A stretch of DNA of 64,000 bases from positions 54,560,001-54,624,000 of the forward strand of contig NC_088798.1 in NCBI RefSeq assembly GCF_011386835.1, written 5' to 3'. Positions 12,535 to 24,699 of the stretch are shown piece after piece. The DNA comes from Chrysemys picta bellii. Taxonomy: Eukaryota. Below the pieces are notes generated by a model, which was given only the letters and a program-made list of their open reading frames with translations, was not told where the DNA came from and made no database searches. A program made the position numbers and the translations under genes. Within the stretch, counting starts at the first letter, position 1, and each line of letters begins with the position of its first letter.

Positions 12535-13639
12535 TCTATGAGGATTCAGCTGATCCCCACAGAAATATCTCCCCAACACGTGTTCCTTCAAAAGTCAAAA
12601 GATTGCTGAGGGATAATTATGGGACCAATAACAGTAGTAGCTGTGTTTATTAAGATTACATGCCAAAAAACTATGTTAGAGGAATATTAAGGTACAAACT
12701 CAAGCACCTTGTGTAGTGAAGGAAACTCATCTGTAGGACCCCTCCCTTATTTGTTACAGGACCTAGAAGGCATGTAGTGGATTGCAGGAAAGGAAAGGAT
12801 GGTCTCAGGGATAAGGCAGCTGAAAGGTGCTCTGGAGAACTGGATTCAATCCCTTCTTCTGCCAAAGTTCCTCCATGGTGCTGGTCACGTCACTTAAACC
12901 ATGCTTTTCAAAAGGTGGTCAACTAATTGTGTGTTTCTCATTTTTATGGATGCTTGATTTGAGACTCTTGGTCTGATTTGCAGAAGTACTGAGCACTCAC
13001 AGCTGCAACTGAAATCAAAGGGAGCTGTGCTTTGAACATATGAAGTTCTCTATGATGCTAAAAACTCTAAAAATCATGTTCTAGGTGTCTCAAATTGGAC
13101 AGCCAGTTAGTGAACACTTTTGACTTTACTCTGTTTCTTTGCTGAAAGTAAATTCATTGTGAAAAACTCTCAGATACTATAGTGATGAGCATCACAGAAA
13201 AACCTATGAGGAAATTAATGATTCTGTCTACAGAGCAGGGTTTGAACAGTGAGCAGTAAAGAAGGCCTGGGGCCACACACTGAACAAGGAGACAGCAAAA
13301 TATTTAATATCTGCTCATTAATTATTTCCTTTGTTTTTTTTTTTAAAAAGCAAACAAAAAAATCCATTGTATGGCATCACATTGACATGCACATGAGTCA
13401 TTAACAGGATTAGAACCTTTAGCTCTACTGCCTAGACCTCTGTCATTAGAATGGAGAGAGTAATTAGTAACAGTAGCAGGTTAGCCTCTATTTGGACCAG
13501 CACTAGAGGGGGATGGGACATTTGCCAGTGGATTTCACAGATATCTGCTGGCAGCAGGGGAATGGTGAGACGCAGGGACTTTGGATTCCATTGTAAGCTC
13601 TGGAGGGGAGTGTATTCTAATGGGCACAGACTCTTCTGC

Positions 13640-14230
13640 CCCTTCCCCCCAAAGCTTCACACCTTCTGCCCTGTCCCCTAAAACCTACCCCTGTCCTAGT
13701 TCTGTCTCTACCCCACCATTGGCCCCATCACTGTCCCATTCTCCACTCTTCAGGCTTCTAATCCCAGTCTTTTTGTCCAGTAAATTAGTGCCTTCCCCAA
13801 CTAATCTCTTCCCTTTCCCAGTCTCCTTGCCCAATCATTCCCAGTTCCTTCCCCCAAATTGCTGGTTTCTTCCCCTGCCTTCTAATTGCCTGCTCATGGT
13901 CCCCCTCCTCACTAGCTCCACTCACATTCCCCATCCCTGCTAGCTCCCAGTCCCATTCTTCTTCCCTAGACTTTTCACCCAATCTCAGCATCCTCCCCTC
14001 ACCTGGCTCCTTTTGCCCAACCAGTTCCACTTCTTCCTCATGACCCTGTTCCTTCTCAGATCTGTCTCCTCTCCTCCTTCGCCCCATCCCACTGATTCCC
14101 AGTCCTAGTCTCCATGCCCCTGCCAGCCTCCAGTCCCAGTTTCTGCTCCCAGGCACCTTGTCCCATTCTACTCCTTCAGCCCTTCCCCACAACAACCTCA
14201 GTCCATCTTGTCCCTTCTGTAATTGAATCA
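13640..14230. repeat. C/T-rich low-complexity tract with recurring CCCAGTC motif
   Basis: Strong pyrimidine bias on +; six or more ttcccagt/ctcccagtc motifs at irregular spacing. Confidence 0.55.
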
Positions 14231-14560
14231 GATGACTTCCTCCTTCATGCTGTATGGGTGCCAGCAGAGGGAGTTATTGAGTGTAGCTGAGAAACAGGTT
14301 CCCTGTTCTTTATTCCAGTGCCCAGTTCTATCCTGACCCAGAGTAGCTGGGAGCAGTCATTACAGTGGAAGTCCTTTTGAGCCCCCATAACCCTAAACTG
14401 AAGCATGCTCAGTTTACTCTATGGGGATGGTGCATGCACAATCTAGTCAATAATACGCGCTGTCAGAGGCTCAATAATGCCTCATGTACATAAAATCTTT
14501 GGAGATTTCAGCTGTTAAACACTAGCAAATGCAAACTGCAATTTATCAAAGGCTCATAAC

Positions 14561-14996
14561 TAGGGCTCAGTGTATGTCATGGAGGTCGTGGAAGTCACAG
14601 ATTTCATGACTTTCCGCGACCTCCATGACTTCTGCAGCGGCCGGTGTGGCTGACCCTGGGGCGGTCCAAACAGCTGACTCTGGGGCCAGCCACACCAGCT
14701 TCTGCTCGGGTGGCCCCTGGGGCGGCTGGCCGGAGCAGCGGCTGGTCGGGTGACCCCTAGCAGCAGTCCCCGGGCAGACGGCTGGAGCAGCCGTGGTCGG
14801 CGGGCCCTGGCAGCGGATGCCGCTGACCCTGGGCACCTCCCCCACAGCCGCCCGCGCCACCACCCCCCCCCCCAAGATTTATTCAGGGTATTTTTAGTAA
14901 AAGTCATGGACAGGTCATGGCTGTGAATTTTTGTTTACTGCCTGTGACCTGTCCATGACTTTTACTAAAAATACCCGTGACTAAATCATAGCTTTA
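14561..14996. mobile_element. hAT-type MITE (436 bp)
   Basis: Perfect 8-bp TSD CTCATAAC (14553-14560, 14997-15004); ends TAGGGCT...AGCTTTA; GTCATGGA/CCATGAC subterminal repeats. Confidence 0.85.
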
Positions 14997-15692
14997 CTCA
15001 TAACTTGGCTAACTATGGGCAGATTTTCAGGAGGTTGGCAAAAGGCACATCCCTGACACAAAGGCCACCCCCTACCAAATTTCAAGTCCCTGCTCAAAAG
15101 CATGAGGACACTAATGCTTTCCAAAGAAAAGGTTCTCAGATTATTTTTTTGACATTGAAAACCAGTGTATTTTCCCCTAATCTCGATCAGAAACAGCTGA
15201 ATAGTTATGGCTGAAATAAAAAAAAAGGGGGTGGGGGTGGGGGTGGAGGAGAGAGAAGGCAGTCACCCAGCATTGAAAATTTCACCCAAGCAGTTAAAGT
15301 TTGGTAAAGTTAAAAAAAAAAAAAACCCCGGAATGGTATACAGGGTCTTATAATGAGAAGCATAAGGAAACCTTAGTAAGAAGCTGGTCTACCAGCCTCA
15401 CCTATAATAAATATTTTACCATTTTTAGACTCAGACTGCTGCAGGAATCAGGAATGAATACCTCATGCTCTTCCTTCTCCATGTACAATATTAAACAATT
15501 GGTCAAGTGCATTATGGGAGCTTGTCTGCCTCAAGCATAAGCAATTGCTGGAGAGAGCATACTAGATTTGGCAAATAAACAGTGCAAGCTAAGCAGAGGA
15601 GCTGCATACATTCACTATCAGGGCAAAAGTGTAAAAAAATCTCTTGCTCCAAGGTTGTGCATTTGTACAGAGACCAGTGTTTCAGAACTCAC

Positions 15693-15825
15693 CTGTGTGT
15701 AGAAACCGCTAGCTGCCTCTAGGAACAGAGAAAGGTTTGCCTGAACTTCACTCCGATTCGGGTTTGCTCGGTTTTTTGCCTGCCCCTGAAGTGTCGTGAT
15801 CTGATTCTTAAAAGCATGATTCCAG
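15693..15825 (-). CDS. SMG7: SMG7 coding exon 4 (WNHAFKNQITTLQGQAKNRANPNRSEVQANLSLFLEAASGFYTQ, 133 nt)
   Basis: Acceptor ctcag|CTGG, donor CAG|gtgagt; frame continuous. Confidence 0.97.
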
Positions 15826-17537
15826 CTGAGAATAAAACATAATTCTGTTGGCTACAGCAATGACTCACTGGGCAGACACTGAGCTCACTGAGATGGGAAA
15901 AAAATGTTTGTTACAATTATAAGGCACCTGGCGCTAACTCCATCAAAGCTCTCCACTTATTCTAGTGCCTTAACTGCTCCCCTTTAAAATGGAACAGAAC
16001 ATGCAATGGAAATCTAAAGTCAAACAGGGAAGAACTGCAAGTCCCGTCCCCCCCCCCCCCAATCTCCAAAAACCAAATAGATTATTTCAGCATTAACAAT
16101 TATTTATTTGCTGCCAGCACTAACCAGCAGGTCAAGCACTATTAGTCATAAAGCTTTGACCATCAGTCTCACGGACAGGGTTAAAGAAACTGTTCAGGAA
16201 CTGATGTCAGGCCGAAATGTCTGAACATCCAGCAGCTTTAACATCATGCTCTTTCAGACTCTCAGCCAGGGACTGGAAGAAATGCAGACTATTAACCAAG
16301 GCTGGTACAAAAAGATGTTCCTGTTCCTCAAATAAGATCCAGGGGTAGAAGTTGGGGGACAATCCAGCAAGATCCTCACCTGGCTCTGAGGAAGACATAC
16401 TGAATGTCCCACTAGAGCACTATCCCTAGATGATCTCTCCCCAATCTCTGGCATAAAGTCTTTGTCCCTAAATTAGCATGAATGAACATTTGGAGCTCCT
16501 CCATCACCAGCTTCCTGAATGCTCAGAATGGCAGTGTTAGGGAAGATTTCCTACTCTTCTGATCCATCTTTCCTTGATGGTAACAGAAAGGCAAATGCCT
16601 CTCTTCCCTCCTCCCTTCAACCTCACACAACTGAGGGGGACTCAACACCACTAGTCCTCACCCCATAAGAGGATCTTCATCAGTGATGATTGCACCACCC
16701 TCTTCTCATACTGATCACAGGGATACTTCCAGCTTGTTTTACTAACACACAGTACTCTACTCTGTGCTTCAGCTGTAAGGCAGGGTGGCACTTGCTCATT
16801 TGTAAGTTAAGAGTTGACATTAATGGGTAAAGCAAATGTGACTGAGTCTTTTGTTTTTGAGTCTATTGTTCTGAGCTGTATCTCACCCACATGGCTCTCA
16901 AGTGGAGCTAGATCCCATCCCCTGACCTCGGTGGGAGCTACACTATAATTGCTAAGGCTGAGTACCCAAAGTCTTTTCCATGACAAAGATTATGTGGCAG
17001 AGCAGCTCCTCTTGGACATAGTCTGTTTTTCCCTATTTACCTGGTTGACTAAAAAGGCAGGTCCATTGATTAGAATTCTCAAACAACTTTTTGGGAATGC
17101 TGCAGGGATTTCACTAGGAATTACATATTGGGAAGTCTCTATGTAACAAGTGACACACCACTCTCCAACATTAATCAGTTCCATAAATCCTGCATCTCAC
17201 TCACAGTGTGTATGCTGCACATGCCTAAACAATGAACTATTATTTACAAGTTCTTTTTTGTGAGTATAAATCCATTAGAGATTTTCTGATGCACAGCAGG
17301 GTTTTCCCCAAAGTCCTTAAGGGCAGGAATTGTAAACATCCTTTCAGTCCCTATTCTCATATATTCCTCCTAGTTCTTTAAATTCAGTGTAAGATTATTC
17401 AAAACGTATTTATTCAAACTTCCACTTACAGAAAAATTGAGCCCATTTTATAGGTTGTACCCATTCTTCCATACGTCTTGGAAGGATCCTGCTCTAGTAC
17501 ACGAATACATGTGAATATCTGTGATTAGAATACTTAC

Positions 17538-17655
17538 AGGTCCTGTTCCACTTTCTTGTCTAAAGCATACTCCAGATCAGTTACTAGCATTTTCTGGTAT
17601 AAGTCCTGTAGAGCCTGTCTGGATGTCCAGACTTCAGCTGGACCCAGCTTCGAAT
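17538..17655 (-). CDS. SMG7: SMG7 coding exon 3 (DSKLGPAEVWTSRQALQDLYQKMLVTDLEYALDKKVEQDL, 118 nt)
   Basis: AG acceptor at 17657-17656, donor CCT|gtaagt; translation matches recalled SMG7. Confidence 0.97.
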
Positions 17656-18723
17656 CTGAGCATCAAAAAAAACAAAAACAGATTTACCACGTCCCAGTAC
17701 ATAGAACAGCATCATTTCAACTGATTTTTCCCATTCCTGCCCCAGGAAAGAAAACATCATGTTCATGCCACACCCAATGCCATGCCACACCTCCCTTCAA
17801 TTACAGCTTCATCAAAAAACAAAAACTAGGAACACTAATGAATACCAGGAAGAGATTTGCAGGCTTTGCAACAAAGGGCCAAAATGACAAGCTACTAGAA
17901 ACCAGAGGACTGCACATGAATTTCATATGCAAACTATTTTACCAAAAGCACATCAACATAATAATTATTGCAGTTCTGAAAAAGACTAAGTTACCACTTA
18001 TATAAATTCACCAGCAATAAAAACAGGCTCTCTTGTAAAAGCCAGAAGATAGATGCTGCAAAGCTGCATTTTAGGACTTCACAGGCTGCATTTGGGGGAT
18101 CCACAAGTTAGTGTTGGACTCAGCAGTTCCAGCATCTTTGGTGCTAGAAACCAGAGACACATCTTTTCTATTACTGAGAATATCTGCTATTAATTTTTAA
18201 ATAAGTATCAGATCAGTCATTACCCAAGACATATGAGCTAGGTCCAGTCCTGCTCTCTCCTCCCAGGTGGAAGATAGGACTCATCCTACGTCACCAGCTG
18301 GGAGAGAAAAGGACTTGTCTCTCCGTAAGTGTTTTAAGGCACTGCATGTGAGTTTTAACTATTTAAGTTTCAGATTTTCATTTTCCATCTACAGCAGGGA
18401 GTATAGCCACTCGTAAAGCATTCTCCGTTTATCCACATGGGAAGAATAGACCTTTAACAGGACACCACCTGCACACTCCAGAGTTCTTGGAAATCCCAGC
18501 TACTCACTAGATCATGTTTATAAGTAACTGTTTGAACTCAGGATCTCAGTTAGGTCTCAATCTCCAAAGTTAAAATGAAATTTTACCACCTGCTTCTTTT
18601 ATGCCCATCGTCTCACTCCTATTAGGAGCCTGGTACACATTTTGTGTCACTACAGCACAAAGAAAAATAGGACTCAAACACAATTTTAGTAACTGCACTA
18701 ATGGTGAAATAAAAGACAATTAC

Positions 18724-18755
18724 CTGTCATGTCAGCCTTCAGGACTTCTGCCTGC
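18724..18755 (-). CDS. SMG7: SMG7 coding exon 2 (QAEVLKADMT, 32 nt)
   Basis: Acceptor cttgcag|GCAG, donor ACAG|gtaatt; frame continuous with exons 1 and 3. Confidence 0.95.
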
Positions 18756-19031
18756 CTGCAAGAGGAAGACAGGACAAGACATTAGATATTAACATGGACT
18801 GATGAAGATAATCAAGTTACACCAAACAAGTGGGGGAGGGGGGGAGGAATTTGTTGTTGCTGGGTTTTTTTCTTTTTTAAAAAACATAATTGCTTGAGTG
18901 CGGGACAAAGACAAGGATTCAAGTCTTTTTAGGGCTTGCCTATCCTAGGTCAAAGGAGTATTGTTTTGTAAAGGTATGTATAGAGGTCCAAGTAATAGCC
19001 TTACAGATCTCTGCAATTAGAACAGATCTGA

Positions 19032-19301
19032 AGCTGGTCTACTCCTAAATGTTAGGTCGACTTAGATACATCACTCAGGGCTGTGAAAAAATTTCATCCT
19101 GTCTGACGTAGTTAGGTCAACCTAACCTCCACTGTGGGTACAGCAAAGTAGACAAAACAATTCTTCCACTGACCTAGCTACTGCCTCAAGGGGATAGATT
19201 TACTACAGTGATGGAAACATCCCTTCTATCACTGTAGTGTCTATGCTACAGTGCAACTACAGCATAGCTGCAGCTGTAGCACTTATAGTGCAGACATATC
19301 C
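19032..19301. mobile_element. Non-autonomous Harbinger/PIF-type element
   Basis: Ends gctggtctac... and ...agtgcagacatatcc resembling GGxxxGTCTACACT/AGTGTAGAC TIRs; internal gtcgac/gtcaacct motifs. Confidence 0.65.
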
Positions 19302-19509
19302 TACATACCACGTTATGGAAGTAGACATTGCTCTGGCAGACTGACTTAATCCCAACAGGGAGTTGAATGGATGTTAACCTAAAGCTCTCCTCTATGCACT
19401 GTCTAACCCACCTAGATAATGTCTCTGAAGAGATAGTGACCTATATGGGGGTGTGCACGTGTGTGCAAGAGAGAGAGAGAGAGAGCGCGTGTGAGCAAGT
19501 GTGAGTGAG

Positions 19510-21670
19510 CGCTGCCTTTTCAGGTTGCCATAGTCCATCTAATATTGGAAGGGCAATTTTTTTATGGAGAACTCAGGATGTCAAACAGGCTGGGATATTT
19601 CTTCCATTGTAACAGATGGGAATTTCAGTGTCTCTGCCATTCTGTCCACAAGTTCACAGAAAACATCTTCAGAAGAGGAAGCAACCCCTTCCACTTAATG
19701 TTCCAAACGAGTCATATGCTGCTCATCTGACAGTAGCAGGAACTATAGCAGAGGAAATGCTCCATGAAAGCAGGTAACTCTCAGATCCAAGGAGAGAGAC
19801 TTTTCCTGATCTCTAGTGGGAGAGATTCCTAAGTCAATGAGAACACAAAATATTTCTATAATGCTTAGACAAAGGCCATCAAGTACAGAACACTATCTCA
19901 TTCATGCCAGTAAACAAATTCATGCTCTACATCATATCTGGGAGGGTGTGATGATACATAGGCACCATATTGACCGGTGTATTCCTTCTGATGAGAATAG
20001 AAGTCAGGAGGTATCCTGGTATGTCCAACACATCCAATTCTTCCTCTGACTGCAAGTCTATACTACAAATTATTGAAGACAATACAGGTATGTCTACCCT
20101 GCAATAAAACACCTGCACCTGGCCCAGCTCAGCTGACTCAGACTCTCGGGATACAGGCTGCAGGGCTATAAAATTGCAGCACAGATATTGGAGCCCGATC
20201 TTTGAGACCCCGCAAGGGGAGAATGTCCAAGGGCCCAGACCCCAGCCCAAATATCTACACTACAATTTTATAATCCTGCAGCATGAGCCCTGCAGCCCAA
20301 GTCAGCTGACAAAGGCCAGTCACAGATGTTTTATTGCAGCGTAGACATACCCTACAAGACCTGGCATGTGTAAAATGGAGTGTCTGGAGGATATTTGAGA
20401 CAACTTTTCTCACCTCTTCTCTGGCTGTGAGGAGGAGGGCATTCCAGGAGGATAACTAGCAGTAACCTTCACTTTATCCCACTCAGAAGAAAAAGCTTGT
20501 CTCTTCAGGTTCTGGTAACTTATGGAATTGCCGATCTGTATGGTGTACCTGCACTACCATAGTAAATGTTGGTAAAGAGTGAATAGGAGATGAAGAAACT
20601 ACTTCCTGCTCCAACAATCTTTGGATCCAATGCAGTCTTCAGAACTGGGGGATGACTTTTAGGCAGGGATATACTTTCAACCAGAATCTTAGACTTTGAT
20701 TTAGGATCTAATGTTATCCAATCTAGATGCAATCGACCTGAGGATTCTCTCAATTTGTCCTTGCTAACAGAAGCCTTCTTGTCTTGAATATCTTGGAACT
20801 GAAGTAGAAAGATCCGAGGGTTTCTCCTGTGGTTTGGCTTTCATCTCACAAGCTGAAACAGACTAAGTCCGAGTGCCTTTAAGGTCAGTCCAATGATTTG
20901 GGGGAAACTGATTGCACTGAGGTGCTGGATCTTGATCTTTGAGCAGTGATTGAAACCTTCTACATAGCGTTGTTCTTAATGCCAGAGGTGTAAGGAGCAG
21001 ACACAGGCCTTTTCGTTATGAATACGGATCCCTTGGATGTGTCGGGTCCAAGAAACTCTGCAACCAGAGATTCATGACGCAGTAAGACTTACAGCCTGTT
21101 CTCGCATTCCTTGCATACCCTCAGAGTAAGTGTACTATAGACAGAGCATCTTGAAAGAGAGTGACCCTCCTCAAGGTGTTTTGTGTGGGCATACAACACC
21201 AGAAAGACTGCAAGACAAGAGGTGCGCCTTTCAAAAGCAAGTCTGAACTTTCAGATCTGACATGGAACCAGTAGTCAGAACTGAAATTAACTACTATCTA
21301 TCAATCATCATCATCATAAAAAAAAACACCTTTTCCTTAACCAACTAACCTTTTCACTAAAGAGACACTAAAAACTACACTAAAGTAAACCACTAAATGC
21401 TTTGAGAGACGAATCCTGTTTGGATAGATGTGAACCTCTCCAGATCTTTCTGCCGGTGTGGCTAGAAGGAACTGAGGCAGCAAGCAGAGGGCACCACATC
21501 CCCTTTCATAGCCTTGCCCTCAGAATGTTCTGGAATGCAGAGAGGAGAGGTAGGAAGGATGCGTGAATGGCTCTAACAGGCACTGCTATGAGGAGGTTAG
21601 GTTCCACTGTCTGCGCTGACAAGGTCAGTGCATTCCATGAGTGGGAATATGCAGAGGACACTCGAAAAAG
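19510..21670 (-). mobile_element. DIRS-like retroelement relic (terminal repeat plus ORF1/gag-like region)
   Basis: Terminus ...gtgggaatatgcagaggacactcgaaaaagaa typical of DIRS ends; minus-strand LEEGHSLSRCSV and FCELVDRMAETLKFPSVTMEE remnants resemble vertebrate DIRS ORF1. Confidence 0.6.
20086..20352. mobile_element. Harbinger-type MITE nested in the DIRS relic
   Basis: About 25-bp TIR (a/g)GGTATGTCTACCCTGCAATAAAACA / TGTTTTATTGCAGCGTAGACATACCC; 3-bp TSD TAC/TAC. Confidence 0.85.
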
Positions 21671-22716
21671 AATTATAATTGATGTACCTATAATTGATGT
21701 ACCTACACTACAATAAATAGTAAACCTTTCCTGTGTAGACTAGCCCTTAAAGAGTAAGAATAGTTAGAGTTTCAATACGTAGGAATAATATTTCTGAACC
21801 ACTAATGTCCCAAATCAAAGCCTCCATTGTGTGTCTATATAGAAGATGCATCCAATTCTTCTTGCAGTTTCACACTGGAGATAAAGTGCAATTTTAAAAA
21901 AAGGAAACCTATAGGCACATCATAACACTAATTATATTGACTCACCCTTGAGTTTAATACCCAGAAAAAATAACTCATTCTTAATGTTAATTGTTAAGAC
22001 TAACTCATTTTCAAGGATCAGTTTTCACCAAGTCAATTACCAATTTATGTCAATTCTTTGACCTTAGAATAATTACTACCATTTAATATTAAAACAAAAG
22101 AAAACTATTAATAAAATGTGATCACTGGTACAGCATATTTCAATAAACCTTATCTGCCTATCTTGGAACACTACATTTATGATTTGAAATAATCAAAACC
22201 TCTACTCCTTATATTAAGTCCCTATACTTGTCATAATGGAATCCACATTTTGTGGGCAGGCCCTAACAAAGTACAAGTTTATAAAACAAGGAATGGAAAT
22301 TACTTAAATATCAGGGCATGTCTATACTACAAACTTTTGCCACCGCAAGTTAAATCGGCATAAAGCCACTGCAGTTAGTGTATCGCCTGTGCGCGTGCAT
22401 ACTTGGCTCCTCTCCCTGGCACTGCATGTACTCACTAGGAGTGAGTGTGTCAATATACAGTGCCAAGCACAATGGGTAGGTAACCCAGTCTGCAACCCAC
22501 TACTGCCCAATGCACTTTCTTTTGAGAAGTTTTGGCAGAGCACAGTGGGACAGAAAAAAAGTTGCGCAGCGGTGACTGGGGATAAGGGGTCAGCTTCCCA
22601 GCATGCAACTGTCTCAATTCCATCATGTTATCTATATCCCATAATTTTCGTGCCTTTCAGAAAAAAAAAACACAAACCTGCATGGCCGCCTTTGCTGTCC
22701 GCCATCTGACAGAAGC

Positions 22717-24060
22717 ATGGAGACTGCACAGCTCTGAAATATTGTCATAAGCATTGCAAGCACAAGACGCATGATCCTCCAGTATTTGCAGAGACATCTT
22801 AAAAACCAAAATCAGCATGGAACACTGATTTCTTGGAGGACAGATTGCTGGGCAACATAGTGAGAACCAATTCGAGGCTGTTGGTAGCATTCATAGAGCA
22901 ACTGCAGATAGTGGAGTGTCACCTCTGAGCCTAAGAAATGAAAACTGACTGGTGGGATTGCACTGTAATGGGTTGGGTTTCGGTTGATGAGCAAGGTCAC
23001 ATTCCTGGATCTGTGTGCCAAGCTTGCCCCAGCCCTCCAGCTCAGGGACACCAAAACGAAAGCTGCTTTGACAGTGAAGAAGCAAGTGGTAATCACATTG
23101 TGGAAACTTGCAATGTCAGATTGCTAGCGGTCAGCAGGAAAAAATTTTGGAGCTTGAAAATCCATTGTGGGGGTAATTCTGTGTGCAGGGCTATTACAAC
23201 TGTTACTCTAGGCCAGGCGTTCTCAAACTGGGGGTCAGGACCCCTCAGGGGGTCACGAGGTTATTACATGGGGGGGTCGCGAGCTGTCAACCTCCATCCG
23301 AAACCCCGCTTTGCCTCCAGCATTTATAATGGTGTTAAATATATAAAAAAAGAGTTTTTAATTTATAAGGGGGGGGGGGGTCGCACTCAGAGGCTTGCTA
23401 TGTGAAAGGGGTCACCAGTACAAAAGTTTGAGAACCACTGCTCTAGGCAATGTGCAGGTCATAGTGGATGGATTTGCAGCAATGGGATTCCCAAACTATA
23501 GTGGAGCAATAGAAAGTATGCATCTCCCTATTCTGGCATCAGACCATCTTGCCACGGAGTACAAGAGAAAAGGCTACTTTTCTATGATATTGCAAGTTGG
23601 TGGAGCACCGGGTACGCTTCACCGACATCAACATTAGCCAGTCAGGAAGGTGCATGACACATGCATCTTGAAGAACAAAGGACAGTTCAGAAACCTACAA
23701 ACAAGGACTTTTTTTCTCAATTGGCATATTAACATTGGTGATGTTGACATGCCAATAGTGATCCTAGGGGACCCAGTCTACTGCTTAATCCCTCAGTTCA
23801 GGAAACCATATGCTGGCCATTTCAACAGCACCAAGGAAAGATTCAACCACTGGCTCAGCAGGTGCAGAATGACAGCTGAATGTGCTTTTGGTAGACTGAA
23901 GGGACCCTGGCATTATTTACTCACAAGATAGGATCTCAGTGAAAAAAAATCCCAATGGTTATAGCTGCCCGCTGTGTCCTGAATAACATCTGTGAAACAA
24001 ATGGGGAAAAGATGCCTGCTGTCTGCTGAGTGAACAGCCAGACATAAGGGTGATTAGAAG
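22717..24060 (+). pseudogene. Harbinger (HARBI1-like) DDE transposase, disrupted
   Basis: VDGFAAMGFPNYSGAI, RKGYFSMILQ, GKVHD, ILGDPVY, RCRMTAECAFGRLKGPW motifs; stops, frameshifts and a MITE insertion. Confidence 0.85.
23214..23440. mobile_element. hAT-type MITE (227 bp) inserted in the Harbinger transposase
   Basis: Perfect 8-bp TSD CTCTAGGC; TIR CAGGCGTTCTCAAACT / AGTTTGAGAACCACTG. Confidence 0.92.
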
Positions 24061-24699
24061 AGCTCACTGCAGAGCTATATGACTCAGGTAGGCTTTGAAA
24101 GAGTACTTAACCAGTGATCCACAGTATTGCATTGTACTGTACGGTGATCCACCTGGCCCTGCTATTTTGGGGCTTCTTAGGAATTGTTTGGTGCTTCGTG
24201 TACAGATATAGATCACTACTAATGCACCTATTAATTTTGCAGTGGTTGCTGTCCTTTTATGATTATTACACTATCACTGACCTAATGTGTTGTGTCACAC
24301 TATACGGTAACAAGTGAGTGGGTGCTTTCTGAACTGCTAGGAACTCTGCAGTATATGTTGTGACCTACTAATGATGAATTCTTTTCCACATAATAGAATT
24401 TTATTCAGTAACAAAACCAGTGCAAAAAAAAAAAAGCCTGTGCAATTTAAAAGTAAATACATTAAAAATTTAATATATTAATGTAACAGAACATAAAGGG
24501 AAAGCACACTCAGGTCCATTTTAGTTATCTATATACCAAACTGTGGCTTTCACAGGTCAGAGTATGTGAAGCTGTGATTGTTCTTAACATTGCACCAGGA
24601 TGGAGTGGTAGGGTTAGGGATGCAGCCCCTGATGCCATGTGGAATGTTTAAAGAGGTGTTGCAATGGAGTTCTCAGTGGACTACAAAAGTAGGCAAGCC

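Noticed and set aside
13581-14907. ORFs of 100-136 aa on both strands
   Set aside because: Lie in low-complexity sequence and a non-coding MITE.
16200-16700. Possible fifth DIRS fragment on the minus strand
   Set aside because: Only vague resemblance (AFAF.., SLHF..); no diagnostic motif, needs an HMM search.
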